A stretch of DNA of 64,000 bases from Myxococcales bacterium (GTDB lineage Bacteria; Myxococcota_A; Polyangia; Polyangiales; DASUME01): contig JASGJH010000001.1 of NCBI GenBank assembly GCA_047601445.1, forward strand, positions 8,640,001-8,704,000, written 5' to 3'. A program made the position numbers and the translations under genes. The notes below the pieces were generated by a model. That model was not told the origin of the DNA. It searched no databases and saw nothing but the letters and a program-made list of their open reading frames with translations. Positions 31,959-42,984 of this stretch are shown piece after piece; position 1 is the first letter of the stretch; every line of letters starts with the position of its first letter.

Positions 31959-33683
31959 ATGCCGCACTTCGAGCTAATCGTCACCATCACCGCCGGCCTC
32001 GCCACGGCCCTGGTGTTCGGCTTCGTGATGTATCGTCTGGGGCTGTCGCCCATCGTGGGCTACTTGCTGGCCGGCATCCTGGTGGGCCCGCGAACGCCGG
32101 GCTTCGTGGCCAACGAGAAGGTCGCGAGCGAGCTCGCCGAGGTGGGCGTCATCCTCCTGATGTTCGGCGTGGGATTGCAGTTCCACTTTCGAGAGCTGCT
32201 CGCGGTCAAGCGCGTGGCGCTGTGGGGAGGCCTCGGGCAGATCGCGGTGGCGACCGGCGTGGGGACGCTGCTCGCTCGCATGTGGGGCTACGAGATCTCG
32301 GCGGCGGTGATCTTCGGGCTCTCGCTGTCCATCGCGAGCACCGTGGTGTTGGTGCGGGTGTTGTCGGAGCAGCGCCACCTGCACTCGGTGGTCGGAAAGG
32401 TCGCGCTCGGCTGGCTGGTGGTCGAGGACATCTTCACGGTCTTCGCTCTGGTGGCCTTGCCGCTCTTGTTCGGGCCGGAGGCCGCGAAGCACGACATCGG
32501 TTTGTCGCTGCTGCTGTCTGGGCTCAAGTTGGTGGCCTTGGTGGCGGTCGTGGCGCTGATCGGGCGACGAGCGATTCCGAGCTTGTTCGGCTACGTGGCG
32601 GCGACTCGCTCGCGTGAGCTGTTCACGCTGACCGTGCTGGTGACCGCGCTCGGGATCGCGGTGGCGTCGGCCACGCTGTTCGGTGCGTCCATGGCGCTCG
32701 GGGCCTTCTTGGCCGGAGTCATCGTGGGGCAGTCCGAGTTCAGCGCGCGAGCCGCTTCCGACGCGTTGCCGATGCGCGACGCGTTCGCCGTGCTTTTCTT
32801 CGTGTCGGTCGGGATGCTGTTCGACCCGAGTGCGCTCCTGAACCACCCGGGCCACGTGCTGGGCGCGCTCGGCGTGGTGATGCTGGTGAAGCCGCTGGTG
32901 GCCTACGGCATCATGCGCGCGCTGCGCAACAGCGACGACATGAGTCTGCCGGTCTCCGCCGTGCTCGCGCAGATCGGTGAGTTCTCCTTCGTCTTGGCGA
33001 GTGCGAGTACGGCGCTGGGCGTGCTCCCGCGCGAGGCCGCGAGCATCCTGGTGGTCACCTCCATCCTGGCGACCACCGTGAACCCGGGGCTGTATCGCTT
33101 GGCCGTCCAGCTCGGTGCCCGCCGCGCCAAGGGGAGGGCGTTGGATCTGACGGCCAAACCCTCGAAGCAGCGCGAGGGGGACCTGGCAGTCGTGATAGGC
33201 CACGGTCCCACGGGGCAAGTCGTCACCGAGATCCTGCGAGGTAACGGGATCGAGGTGACCGTCGTGGATCTCAACCTCGAGACGACGCGCGAGCTCGCGA
33301 CACGGGGGCTGCACACGGTCTATGGGGATGCCGCGCGCCCGGACGTGCTGGAGCAGGCGGGCCTGGCAGACGCGCGCGCCCTGTTCCTGACCACACCGAG
33401 CTTCGACGGCCTGGCGGAGATCATTCGCGCTGCGAAGGAAGTGAACCCCGAGATCCAGGTCTACGCCCGCTCGGAGTTTCTAGGCGACGTGGGGAACCTG
33501 ACCGAGGCGGGCGCGGACTCCGTGGTGACCGCCGAAGGTGAGGTGGCCCTGGCGATGGCGAGCGAGTTACTCACCGAGCTGGGCGCATCACCCGAGGAGC
33601 TCGACCGGGAGCGCGACCGAGTCCACGTGATGCTCCACAAGCGCATCCTGGAGCGTGCCTCAGTCGCGAAGGCGCTCCACTAG
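31959..33683 (+). CDS. CPA2 cation:proton antiporter with TrkA-N domain (YbaL-like)
   Basis: Many TM helices, LMFGVGL, FFVSVGM, QIGEFSF, C-terminal GHGPTG..YGDA. Confidence 0.88.
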   Translation: MPHFELIVTITAGLATALVFGFVMYRLGLSPIVGYLLAGILVGPRTPGFVANEKVASELAEVGVILLMFGVGLQFHFRELLAVKRVALWGGLGQIAVATGVGTLLARMWGYEISAAVIFGLSLSIASTVVLVRVLSEQRHLHSVVGKVALGWLVVEDIFTVFALVALPLLFGPEAAKHDIGLSLLLSGLKLVALVAVVALIGRRAIPSLFGYVAATRSRELFTLTVLVTALGIAVASATLFGASMALGAFLAGVIVGQSEFSARAASDALPMRDAFAVLFFVSVGMLFDPSALLNHPGHVLGALGVVMLVKPLVAYGIMRALRNSDDMSLPVSAVLAQIGEFSFVLASASTALGVLPREAASILVVTSILATTVNPGLYRLAVQLGARRAKGRALDLTAKPSKQREGDLAVVIGHGPTGQVVTEILRGNGIEVTVVDLNLETTRELATRGLHTVYGDAARPDVLEQAGLADARALFLTTPSFDGLAEIIRAAKEVNPEIQVYARSEFLGDVGNLTEAGADSVVTAEGEVALAMASELLTELGASPEELDRERDRVHVMLHKRILERASVAKALH

Positions 33684-35432
33684 CCCCGAGGCGCGCTCGC
33701 TGCGCTGGCCCACTGCGGCCTTCAGTGCAGCTTCGCTGGCGTGAATGCTCACGGTCTGCTTGGCACGCGTGATGGCCGTGTAGAGCAGCTCGCGGGAGAG
33801 AATCGGGGAGGGCCGCTCGGGGAGCACGATGGCGACTGCGTCGAACTCCGAGCCCTGGCTCTTGTGCACGGTCATGGCGTACACACTCTCGTGGCGCGGC
33901 AGGCGCGCCAGGCTCAGGTTGCGCACGTTCTGTGGGCCGACCCGAAAATGCGCCGAGAGGCCGGCCCGCTCCAGCTTGTGCAGCACCCCGACGTCGCCGT
34001 TGAACAGGCGCGTCGTGTACTCGTTGTGCGTGATCATGATGGGCCGTCCGGCGTAGTTGTCCTCGGGTCGCCGCAGCCGGCCACTCACCAGCCGAGCCAG
34101 CGCGAGGTTGAGCTCCTCCACGCCACCGTGTCCTCGGCGATGGGCGCACAGCACCCGGTAGGCGTCGAGCGCCGACAGCTTTCGCTCGAGCTCGGGCTCG
34201 TGCAGTGGGCGATAGTTTCGCTTGGCCTCCGCCTCCAGGCTGCGCGTGAGGGTCGCGCGCGTCACAGCCGGTCCGTAGCTCACGTCGGGGAGGCTGCTGC
34301 GCAAGACGTCCAGCACGGTCCGCGCGTCCTGCGCGTGCACGGCGTTGGCCAGGGCGGCGATGCCGCTGTCCTTGGGATAGCGGTAGCTGTGGGTCAGACG
34401 ACTGAGGGCGCTCGCGAGGGGGCTCGCAGGATCGCTGGCGCTGGTGCACAGGTCGCCGAGCACGCCACCGGCTTCCACGGAGACGAGCTGATCCGGATCG
34501 CCCAGCATGATGATCCGGGCGTGCTCGGGGATGGCGTCGAGCAGGCGCCGCATCAACGCCAGGTCCACCATGGAGGCCTCGTCGAGCAGGAAGATGTCGC
34601 AGGCGAGCGGGTTGTCCCGGTGATGCCGGAAGCGCGTACTCGAGCTCGCCACGGGTCCGAGCGCGCGATGGATGGTGGAGGCCGTGCTCGGGATGGCGGC
34701 CTTGATCCGAGGCTCCACGGGGAGCTGGTCGCGAGCGCGCTCGATGGACTCGGCCAGGCGCTGCGCGGCCTTGCCGGTGGGGGCGGTGAGCAGGATGCGC
34801 GGGAGCGTGCGCTGTTGCGCCAAACGGTCGGCGACCAGCACGGCCAGCAACTTCACCACGGTCGACGTCTTGCCAGTACCAGGGCCACCCACGATGAGGC
34901 TGAGTTGGCGTTGGCGCGCGGCCACCACGGCGGCGCGCTGCTGGTCGGGCTGGCCAGCCGGAAGCGGCGGGAAGAGGCGTTCGAGGAGCTCCGAGGCTGG
35001 CTCGGTGCCCGCGGGGGGCGCCGAGCTGGCCGGGCTCCCTGTGCCGAGCGCCCGGACGCGGCGCGCGAGGGCCAACTCGTGCTCGTAATAGCGGGTGAAG
35101 TACAGGCGCCCATCGGCGTCGAGCACGAGCGGCTTCGGTTCGCCCTCGGGCCCACCCACATTCACGAGCGGCGAGCGCGCGAGCTTGGCGCGCCAGTCCG
35201 CCGCGCGCGGCAAACGCCAGAGCGGCGCCTGGGCTGGGTCGGTCAGTTCCCGATCGGCCCAACGCTCCAGGTCCAGACATACATTGCCGGCCTGCACCTC
35301 GCGGCTAACCAGCGCCAGGGTCAGCAGCACCTCTGGATCGCTTTCCTGGCACACCCGGCCTAGTCCCTCGGCGATCTCCACGTCGGCGGCGGCCAACTGT
35401 CCTGCCTGCTCGAGTTGGCTCCAGGGCTTCAT
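33660..35432 (-). CDS. recD: Exodeoxyribonuclease V alpha subunit
   Basis: GGPGTGKT, APTGKAA, DEASM, GDPDQL, TVHKSQGSEF, YTAITRA. Confidence 0.95.
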   Translation of the reverse strand: MKPWSQLEQAGQLAAADVEIAEGLGRVCQESDPEVLLTLALVSREVQAGNVCLDLERWADRELTDPAQAPLWRLPRAADWRAKLARSPLVNVGGPEGEPKPLVLDADGRLYFTRYYEHELALARRVRALGTGSPASSAPPAGTEPASELLERLFPPLPAGQPDQQRAAVVAARQRQLSLIVGGPGTGKTSTVVKLLAVLVADRLAQQRTLPRILLTAPTGKAAQRLAESIERARDQLPVEPRIKAAIPSTASTIHRALGPVASSSTRFRHHRDNPLACDIFLLDEASMVDLALMRRLLDAIPEHARIIMLGDPDQLVSVEAGGVLGDLCTSASDPASPLASALSRLTHSYRYPKDSGIAALANAVHAQDARTVLDVLRSSLPDVSYGPAVTRATLTRSLEAEAKRNYRPLHEPELERKLSALDAYRVLCAHRRGHGGVEELNLALARLVSGRLRRPEDNYAGRPIMITHNEYTTRLFNGDVGVLHKLERAGLSAHFRVGPQNVRNLSLARLPRHESVYAMTVHKSQGSEFDAVAIVLPERPSPILSRELLYTAITRAKQTVSIHASEAALKAAVGQRSERASGLVERLRD

Positions 35433-38400
35433 GGCGAAACCTCCGCCGGCTTGCTGTGGTGTTCACCGAGGGCACGCTCCAGGCCCGCGATCAACTCTGG
35501 CGACGGGCGATCGTGGAAGATGCCGGTGCCTAGCTCGTGGGTCGGCGACATCCCACGCAGGAACAAGTAGTAGACGCCGCCGAAGTGCGTTTCGTAGCGG
35601 TAGTCGGCGACGCGCAGCGCGAGATGACGGTGCAGTGCCAGGCAATACAGGTGGTACTGCAAGAAGTAGTGGTGCTGGGCCATCGCGTGCAGCATGGACT
35701 CCTGGCCGTAGTCCGAAGCCCTGGGCCCGAGGCGGTTGGACTTGTAGTCGACGACGTAGAAGCGCCCCTGATATTCGAACACCATGTCGATGAAGCCGCG
35801 CAAGAAGCCGTTGAGCTTGTCGAAACCAAGCTCCTTCAGATCGCCCGCGTAGCTGGGCATGGCCTTGGGCGCCCGCTGCTCGCGGAAGGCGCGCTCGAGC
35901 GTCTGAGGCGTGAGTGCCGCCGTCACCGGCAGCACGAACTCCATCTCGTCGAGGCGCGAGCGACGCGAGATTTGGGCCAGCGTCAAGCCTGGAGCGAGCG
36001 GAGTGTGCATGACCTGCTCGAGGCCACTCGTGAGCATGGCGCCGAGTGCCTCTGGGTAGCCGCGCAGCAGCAAGGTCTCGCTCACGGTGCGCGCGAGCTC
36101 CTCCGGGGATCCTTGAAAATCGGTGTGCTCGAGGATCTCGTGGATCAGCTGGCCCGGCGCGGCCCCGCGGGGGAAGGCGTCGAGCAACAGCGTAGAGGGC
36201 AAGAGCTCGTCGCTGCGGGGGCTCGCGTCGGCGGCGTCATGGTCGACTCCGAGCTCCGCGTGAGCGCCACCCTTGGACACCGTCAGGCCCGAAAAGCTCG
36301 AGACGCGTCGGCTGAGATCGAGCGTCCTGCGTACCGCGCGCGCCTTGAGCTCGCGCAGGCGCGGCTCGAAGGTCGAGAGCGGCTTGGGAGTCTCGGGCAC
36401 GACGTGCCGCACGCTCACGTGGCCGCCGAGCTTGCTTCGCAGAGCGAACAACGCGGCAGCGCGCTCGTCTCCGGACATGCCCTTGGTGCGCTCGGCGGCG
36501 CCGAATAAGCAATAGCCGAGGCCCGACTTGGCGATGCCCTTGTGATCCGGGATGGTCACACACACGCGGTGCTTGGCTCGTGTCAGGGCTACGTAGAGGA
36601 GGCGCAGACCTTCCGCCAGGGCTTCCTGCGCCGACAGCTCGCGGTGGGCCCCGATGTCGTCGCTTCCCAGATCGAGGCTCAAGGCGTGGCCCGCGTCAGG
36701 GTCGTGGAAGCGCACGAATTCACTGTCGGCTCCGCGCGGCTCGTCGCCCGCCCACAAGAACGGGCAGAACACGATCGGATATTCGAGGCCTTTGCTCTTG
36801 TGTACGGTGGTGAGGCGCACCGCGTTGTCGCTGCTTTCGAGGCGCAGCTCGTGATCTTCACCCACCAACTCCGCGCGCTTGGTCTCGTCCACGCGCACGA
36901 TACGGAACCAACGCAGCAGTCCCAGCGGGCCCAGGCGCTGGGAGATCGAAGCCGCGGCGAGCAGCTCCACCAGGTGCCACAGGTTCGTGATGCGACGCGT
37001 GCCGTCCTGACGCAGCAAGAGGCGCTCCTCGATCTTGTAGTGCGACACGAGTCCGCGCAGGGCCTGCATGAAGCCGTGCTGCCGAAACACCTCGTGCTGC
37101 TGCTGCAAGACTGCGCGATGACCCTCCCACGCCTCATCATCCTCCTCGAGAGCTGCGAGCTCGTGGGCGTCCATGCCGCCGTACCAGGAGCACAGGAAGG
37201 TGCGCACGGCGGTGGCGTCGCTCGGATGCACTAGCACCTCGAGGACGCGCTCGAGCTCGGCTGCGTCATCGCTGCGAAATACGGTCTCGTCGCCCTGGAA
37301 CACGCTGGCGATCCCGAGCTCGCTGAGCGCTCCCTGCATGGCCAAGGCTTGCTTGTTGGTGCGGCACAGCACCGCCACGTCCGAGGCGCGCAGACGCCGT
37401 GGACTCTGATGGGAAGCGGCGATCTCGCTGTCGCTGCCCAGGAGGCGTGCGATCTCCGCGGCCACGCTACGGCAGATTTCGTTGCGCAGTGCTTCGATGG
37501 AGGGGGCGCCGGGCAACAACAGCAAGTCGAGCGCGGCATGTCCATCGCGCGGCCGGAACGCGTCGGCCAGGCCGGCGGGTGCGCGCACCTGCTGATATTC
37601 GATCTGCTCGAGCGCGAACGGGTTGTGCACGTTGGCGTAGAACGCGTTCAAGGCCTGGATCAGCGCGGGATCCGAGCGTCGGTTGGTGTCGAGGGTGTAG
37701 ACCCTGCCGTGGGCGTGCTCGCGTGCGCTGAGGTACGCGTGCACGTCGGCGCCGCGGAACCCGTAGATGGCTTGCTTGGGGTCGCCGATCAAGAACAGGC
37801 ACGAGCCAGGCTCACCGAAGATGCGCCTGAAAATCTCGTACTGCACCGGGTCGGTGTCCTGGAACTCGTCGACCAGGGCCGCGCGATAGCGGCGGCGCAG
37901 CGCCTCCGTGAGCGACGTGCCGCGCGCGCCTGTCAGGGCGCCATGCAGCTCGGTGAGCAGAGCGTCGAAGGTGTGCACGTTCTGCTCGCGGCTGCGGGCC
38001 TCGAGTTCGCGCTTCAAATACTCGACGAAATCGCGCCTGAACTTGACCTTGGTATGGGCTTGCTGGGCCTCGTGACGTGCGTCCAGCGTGACCAATTCCT
38101 CCGCCGCGTCGAAGAAGGGATGTTCGGGTGGCAGGCGACCCTTCTTGGTGCGCTCGCGCGCGCCGCTGCGCGTGAAGCTGCTCTTGGCCGCGTCCGAACA
38201 CACGCTGGTGCAGCCCGGGCTCGCCCCCTTGAGGGCTTGATCCCACTGGCTCGCCCAGGCCTCTGCATACTGGGCCGCGCGATTCAGGTCTCCCACCAGG
38301 GCCAAGATCGTGCGCCTGTCTTCGCTCCAGTACTTCACGCAGCGCGCGAGTGCGCTGCCCCAAGCTTCGCGGTCGAAGCTCTCTACCTCGATTCGCTCGG

Positions 38401-38992
38401 GCAGCAGCCGCAAGTCATCCGAGGCTCCCGTGCGCGCCGCCAAGATCCGTAGCTTCTCCGGCTCGGCCAGCAGCGCGCGCGCGACGTTCGCCTCGGCTGC
38501 GTACAGGTTCTTGGTGAAGTAGTCGTCGGCGATCTCGGCCAGCAGGGGCGCCGCACACGTGGTGACCTCGAGCCGCATCCCAGCGCCGCTCTCGAAGGCG
38601 TGTTCGGTGAGCGTGCGCTGACAGAAGCCGTGGATGGTGAGCACCGGCGCCTCGTCCACATCGGAGAGGGCGCGCTCGAGCAAATCCTCGAGCACATGCT
38701 GGCCTGCCCGCACGCGGACCCGCGCGCACAGGTCGCGCACCAAGGGGTCGTCGAGCTGTTCCCCGCGCGCCACGCGCTGTGCCGTCACCAGGCGCGCCCG
38801 GATGCGCTGCTTGAGCTCCGCGGTGGCCGCACGCGTATAGGTCACCACCAGAATTTGGCCGATGGGCAGGTTGCGCTCGAGCAGGAGGCGCAGCACCAGG
38901 CTCGTGATGGTGTAGGTCTTGCCGGTGCCGGCGCTGGCTTCGATGACCGTGACGTCGCGCAGCTCGACGTTGGCGGGATCCAGGGGCGTCAT
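35429..38992 (-). CDS. recB: Exodeoxyribonuclease V beta subunit
   Basis: EASAGTGKT, DEFQDTD, GDPKQAIY, HKSKGLEY, nuclease GFID..DYKSN; ATGA-coupled to recC and recD. Confidence 0.95.
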   Translation of the reverse strand: MTPLDPANVELRDVTVIEASAGTGKTYTITSLVLRLLLERNLPIGQILVVTYTRAATAELKQRIRARLVTAQRVARGEQLDDPLVRDLCARVRVRAGQHVLEDLLERALSDVDEAPVLTIHGFCQRTLTEHAFESGAGMRLEVTTCAAPLLAEIADDYFTKNLYAAEANVARALLAEPEKLRILAARTGASDDLRLLPERIEVESFDREAWGSALARCVKYWSEDRRTILALVGDLNRAAQYAEAWASQWDQALKGASPGCTSVCSDAAKSSFTRSGARERTKKGRLPPEHPFFDAAEELVTLDARHEAQQAHTKVKFRRDFVEYLKRELEARSREQNVHTFDALLTELHGALTGARGTSLTEALRRRYRAALVDEFQDTDPVQYEIFRRIFGEPGSCLFLIGDPKQAIYGFRGADVHAYLSAREHAHGRVYTLDTNRRSDPALIQALNAFYANVHNPFALEQIEYQQVRAPAGLADAFRPRDGHAALDLLLLPGAPSIEALRNEICRSVAAEIARLLGSDSEIAASHQSPRRLRASDVAVLCRTNKQALAMQGALSELGIASVFQGDETVFRSDDAAELERVLEVLVHPSDATAVRTFLCSWYGGMDAHELAALEEDDEAWEGHRAVLQQQHEVFRQHGFMQALRGLVSHYKIEERLLLRQDGTRRITNLWHLVELLAAASISQRLGPLGLLRWFRIVRVDETKRAELVGEDHELRLESSDNAVRLTTVHKSKGLEYPIVFCPFLWAGDEPRGADSEFVRFHDPDAGHALSLDLGSDDIGAHRELSAQEALAEGLRLLYVALTRAKHRVCVTIPDHKGIAKSGLGYCLFGAAERTKGMSGDERAAALFALRSKLGGHVSVRHVVPETPKPLSTFEPRLRELKARAVRRTLDLSRRVSSFSGLTVSKGGAHAELGVDHDAADASPRSDELLPSTLLLDAFPRGAAPGQLIHEILEHTDFQGSPEELARTVSETLLLRGYPEALGAMLTSGLEQVMHTPLAPGLTLAQISRRSRLDEMEFVLPVTAALTPQTLERAFREQRAPKAMPSYAGDLKELGFDKLNGFLRGFIDMVFEYQGRFYVVDYKSNRLGPRASDYGQESMLHAMAQHHYFLQYHLYCLALHRHLALRVADYRYETHFGGVYYLFLRGMSPTHELGTGIFHDRPSPELIAGLERALGEHHSKPAEVSP

Positions 38993-41900
38993 GGGCGCTC
39001 CTGCTCCTTGAGGTGCTCCAGCATGGGCAACAACACGCGCCGTGAGACACCGGCGAAATCCAGACTTTGCGCTCCGTCCGAGGCCACCAGGCGCTCCAAG
39101 GCTTCGAGCTCCGGTTCGCTCCACACCTGCTGGACGTAGCGCTCCGCGCTCTCCACGAAGCGATTCGGCTTGGCGCCCTCGATGCGCGCGAGGGCGAGGG
39201 CGCGCTCGTGGTCGTGACCATCGAGTAGCGCGTGCGCGTAGACGCTCGATTCACTGCGCAGAAAGGGTAGCGGCATGTGTAGCCCGAGCAGGTAGAGCTC
39301 GATGAGCTCCGTCAGCAAGCGCTCCGCATCGGGCACGGGGCCAAAGCGGAAGCTCGCGACCTTGCGCTTGCCACTGGCATCGGCGCGCGCCACCAGCAGG
39401 CTGTGCTTGATGGGATGCTCGCTGGCGCACAGGGCGAGGTGCCTGATCCACATGCTGAGCCGGTGCTTGTCGCTGGCCGCGGCCGCCGTGAGCTCGACCC
39501 GGGCAGCTTCGTGCATGCCCGTGAGGCGACCGTAGAGCAGGCGTCCGCCGATGCGCAGCTCGAGGTTGAGGTGCGGAAGGGGCGCGCCGACATCGAGCTG
39601 GGCGCGCATGTTCTGCACGGTCCGGTCGAGCTCCTCGAACAGGACTTGGCCGATGGTCCCCGGAGGCAGGCGGCCTTCCTGTGTCAGCATGCGCTGTTGT
39701 TCGTCGCGATCCTTGCTGGCCAGGCCGGTGAGCAGTCGGTCGTGCAGCTGGAAGCGCGCCAGTGCGTCGAGGGCCGTGGGTTCTCGATCCGGAATCTGCT
39801 CGGACTCCTCTGGCAGTCGCACGCGCAGGCGCTCGCGCACGAAGGCACGCTGTGGAGCGCGGAAGAAGCTGACCAGGCGCTCGAGCTCGATACGCTCCTG
39901 AGGCGCCGCGGCGAACGGAGCGCGCACGAAGGGGCGCGTCACGGCCCGGCTCGACAGCAGAGCCCGTGCAGCCGTGGCGGCCGTCTCGTCGTAGGAGGGT
40001 AGATTGCTGGTCTGGCCGAAGTAGCGTGCATCGAAGCGATGCAGCGCATGCACCTTGCTGACGTGTTCCGAGGTGCGCTTGCTCTCGAAGGCCAGCAGGA
40101 GCGATTTCTTGCCGTCACCGATGTCGAAGTGCCGGTCGAGTACACGCAGTAGCTGGTCCACCACCACGGACGCCGGACGCTCACTGTCGTCCTTGGCGCT
40201 GCGCCCCAGGTAAGTGATCACCACCGCGTCGCGCGCCGACAAGAGGGCCTCCAGGAACAGCTGTCGGTCGTCGTCGCGCACATCGTGGTCGCCGACGCGG
40301 CGCTTTTCGGCCATCAGATCGAAGCTCGGACGCTGTGCGCGCCGCGGAAACGCTTCGTCGTCCATGCCGACCATGGCCACCACCCGGAACGGGATGGCGC
40401 GCATGGGCACGTGCTCGCAGAAGGTCACGCCCGACGTGAGGAAGCCGAGGTTGGCACGTCCGCGCTCGAAGCGCGCCTCCAGCAAGAGGCGCAGAGCTTC
40501 GAGCGGCACCTCGGTGTCGTAGCCGGAAGCACCCGCGTCGGCGGCCAGGGAGGCCAAGAGCGTCCGCAGGCCGTGGTGCTCGTGGCCGAGCTCGGCGTGA
40601 TCGCTCAACAGGCGAGGCAAGGTATCGAGCCAAAAAGCCGCCCAAGCCGCGACTGAACGCCGCGTGGCGCACGCGTCCACCGTGGCGAACAGCGTCTCCG
40701 CAAAGCGCGCGAAGCGCCCGAGCAACACCGCGTGCTCCCCCTCCACGTCGGAGTAAGGGAGCACGCCCAGCACGCTGCGCTGCTCGTGAGCCCCCGACGC
40801 GTAGCCCACCAGGAGCCGCTCGAGCGCGAAGCGCAGGCTGTTTTGCGCGTACTCCGGCTGCCCGAAGCGCGTGCGGTGGGCAGCGTCGATGCCCCAGCGT
40901 GCGCCGGCATCGATCAACCACTCGGCGAGCACCTCGAGCTCCGACTCTTCGAGATCGAAGCGCTCGCGCACCGGCGCTCGATGCAGGAAATCGAGCACCT
41001 CACTCAGCGACAAGCGTGAGCCCGCCAGATCGAGCAGCGCACAGAAGGCATCGAGCACGGTGGACGAGCGCGCGGCGCTGCGATCGGCGATGCGATAGGG
41101 GATGTGCTCACGGGCCTCGCCGTCGCGCTGGGCAAACACGGCCTCGATGGCGGGGGCGTAGCGCTCGATGTCTGGCGCTAGCACCACGACGTCGTGGGGT
41201 TCGAGCGTCTTGTCGGCCTCGAAGCGCGCGCGCAGCACGTCCCGCAGTACCTCGAGCTCGCGCACCGGACTATGGCAAGCGTGCACGCTGATCGAGCGGT
41301 CGTCCTCCGCGATCGTCAGCGGCGCGAGCTCCCCGCGGACGGCGGGATCGCGCTCGGTCAGGTTCGCCAGGTCGTTTTGTAGCTGGCCGAGCAGAGTGGA
41401 TGGCGTGCGCAGCTCGAACAGGTCCGGATAGGGCTCTTCGAGCGGGAGATCCTCGAGCAGCAGGTCCACGAACTCGCGGCTCACTCTTCCGAGGTTCGAG
41501 AGCAGCGACCTCACGCCCTGGCCGCGCGCGAGCTTCCGATCGAAGTCGCCCCAGTAGTGAGGTGACGGCGTGAGCAGAAAGAGATGCACGTCGATCCGCT
41601 CCGACAGACGCGCGAGCACCTGCAGAAAGGCGGGGGGTAGCGTGGAGATGCCGAACAGACTGATGCGTTCGGGGAGCGGGAGCTCGGCCTGGTCGAGTGC
41701 CCCGCCTCGCGCGAGGCGCTCATGAAATTGGGCCATGCGGCGCGCGATATGGGTGGGCGGGGCGCCCACGGTGAGCTTGCGCCACAACTTGGCCTGAAAG
41801 TGCAGCCCCTCGCCATGCTCCCAGCCGAGCACCAGGTCGGGTCGATACACCAGGTACTGATCGAACGTCGTCGCGAGCACGGAAGCCAAGGCGAGCGTGC

Positions 41901-42273
41901 CCACGCTCGAGGCGTCGCGGCGAACGTAGCGGGCGACCTCTTCGAAGGCGGGCTCCTCGATCACCTCGCCGCCGAGCACGCGTGCGATCGAAAGCGCCAG
42001 TGTCTCGGGACGAAAGATGCGCTGCTCGAGCGGGACCTCACCGAGTGCCGCGTCCAGGGCCAGCTCCACCATCGCCCGCGGAAACGGGAACCACGGGTTG
42101 GCCCATACCCCGAGCTCCGCGCAGAGCTGCGCAGACAGCCAGCGTTCCATGCCGGGCCCCTGCACCACCACGCACTCGCGCGCGAAGGCATCGCGCAGCG
42201 GCTCGCGCACCACGTGGGACAGCGCTGCGGCCAGCTTCTCGACCCGGTTCGAGCGGTACAGACAGAACGTCAC
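38989..42273 (-). CDS. recC: Exodeoxyribonuclease V gamma subunit
   Basis: YRSNRVEKL start, FDQYLVYRPD, HACHSPVRELEVL, PMRAIPFRVV; about 1094 aa, upstream of recB. Confidence 0.93.
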   Translation of the reverse strand: MTFCLYRSNRVEKLAAALSHVVREPLRDAFARECVVVQGPGMERWLSAQLCAELGVWANPWFPFPRAMVELALDAALGEVPLEQRIFRPETLALSIARVLGGEVIEEPAFEEVARYVRRDASSVGTLALASVLATTFDQYLVYRPDLVLGWEHGEGLHFQAKLWRKLTVGAPPTHIARRMAQFHERLARGGALDQAELPLPERISLFGISTLPPAFLQVLARLSERIDVHLFLLTPSPHYWGDFDRKLARGQGVRSLLSNLGRVSREFVDLLLEDLPLEEPYPDLFELRTPSTLLGQLQNDLANLTERDPAVRGELAPLTIAEDDRSISVHACHSPVRELEVLRDVLRARFEADKTLEPHDVVVLAPDIERYAPAIEAVFAQRDGEAREHIPYRIADRSAARSSTVLDAFCALLDLAGSRLSLSEVLDFLHRAPVRERFDLEESELEVLAEWLIDAGARWGIDAAHRTRFGQPEYAQNSLRFALERLLVGYASGAHEQRSVLGVLPYSDVEGEHAVLLGRFARFAETLFATVDACATRRSVAAWAAFWLDTLPRLLSDHAELGHEHHGLRTLLASLAADAGASGYDTEVPLEALRLLLEARFERGRANLGFLTSGVTFCEHVPMRAIPFRVVAMVGMDDEAFPRRAQRPSFDLMAEKRRVGDHDVRDDDRQLFLEALLSARDAVVITYLGRSAKDDSERPASVVVDQLLRVLDRHFDIGDGKKSLLLAFESKRTSEHVSKVHALHRFDARYFGQTSNLPSYDETAATAARALLSSRAVTRPFVRAPFAAAPQERIELERLVSFFRAPQRAFVRERLRVRLPEESEQIPDREPTALDALARFQLHDRLLTGLASKDRDEQQRMLTQEGRLPPGTIGQVLFEELDRTVQNMRAQLDVGAPLPHLNLELRIGGRLLYGRLTGMHEAARVELTAAAASDKHRLSMWIRHLALCASEHPIKHSLLVARADASGKRKVASFRFGPVPDAERLLTELIELYLLGLHMPLPFLRSESSVYAHALLDGHDHERALALARIEGAKPNRFVESAERYVQQVWSEPELEALERLVASDGAQSLDFAGVSRRVLLPMLEHLKEQERP

Positions 42274-42520
42274 GACCCGGAGTCTAGTGGAGACAGCTGG
42301 ACGCGTGAGCACCTGGTGCGCCGAATCGGGAACGGTGAAGCACGGGTCCGCTTGCACCACCCAGGTTCAAGCATCGCCGAGGGACCGGAGCAGCCAATGT
42401 GAGGGTAGGTGGGCCAAGGAGCGCGCGTAGATCACGCGAAAATCGTTGGCGATCTCACGGGGGACAAATGGCAGGGCCGGGCCGGAAGAGTCAGACTGAG
42501 CGACACGTTCCGGGGGGAGC

Positions 42521-42907
42521 ATGAGCGACGTGGTGATCCAAGGAGATTTGTCCGGGCACGCCTTCGTGGAGGTCCTGCAGCTGGCCGTGGGCAAGCGGGA
42601 ACGGCTCAAGATCGAGTTGTTCGACGCCAGCCAGGTGTTCGGCGAGGTGTATCTCGACGGAATGACGGTACTCGACGCGCGGGTCGACGTCCTCACTGGC
42701 CTGTCGGCGCTCGGTGCGATGTTGCGGCTCTCCGAGGGCCAATTCCGCGTGGTCCGCGAGGCCCTACAGCGACCCGCGCGCCTGAACCGCTCACTCGACG
42801 ACGCGCTGATCGACTGCGCCAACGGCGAGGGCGAGATCCACGAGAGCACCAGCCGCTGCATCACCAGCGTGCCGCCGCCCTTCGAAGGGGAGCCCGCGGA
42901 GGAGTGA
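42521..42907 (+). CDS. DUF4388/PATAN-like domain protein
   Basis: QGDL..EVLQL, GEVYL.G.V.DA, G.SAL..MLRLSEGQF. Confidence 0.7.
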   Translation: MSDVVIQGDLSGHAFVEVLQLAVGKRERLKIELFDASQVFGEVYLDGMTVLDARVDVLTGLSALGAMLRLSEGQFRVVREALQRPARLNRSLDDALIDCANGEGEIHESTSRCITSVPPPFEGEPAEE

Positions 42908-42984
42908 GGGGCGGCGGGCAGCGTCCTTCTTTCGGGAAGGCGCAGCATGATCCAGAGGCTCGCCTGTGGCATGGTCCGACCCGC

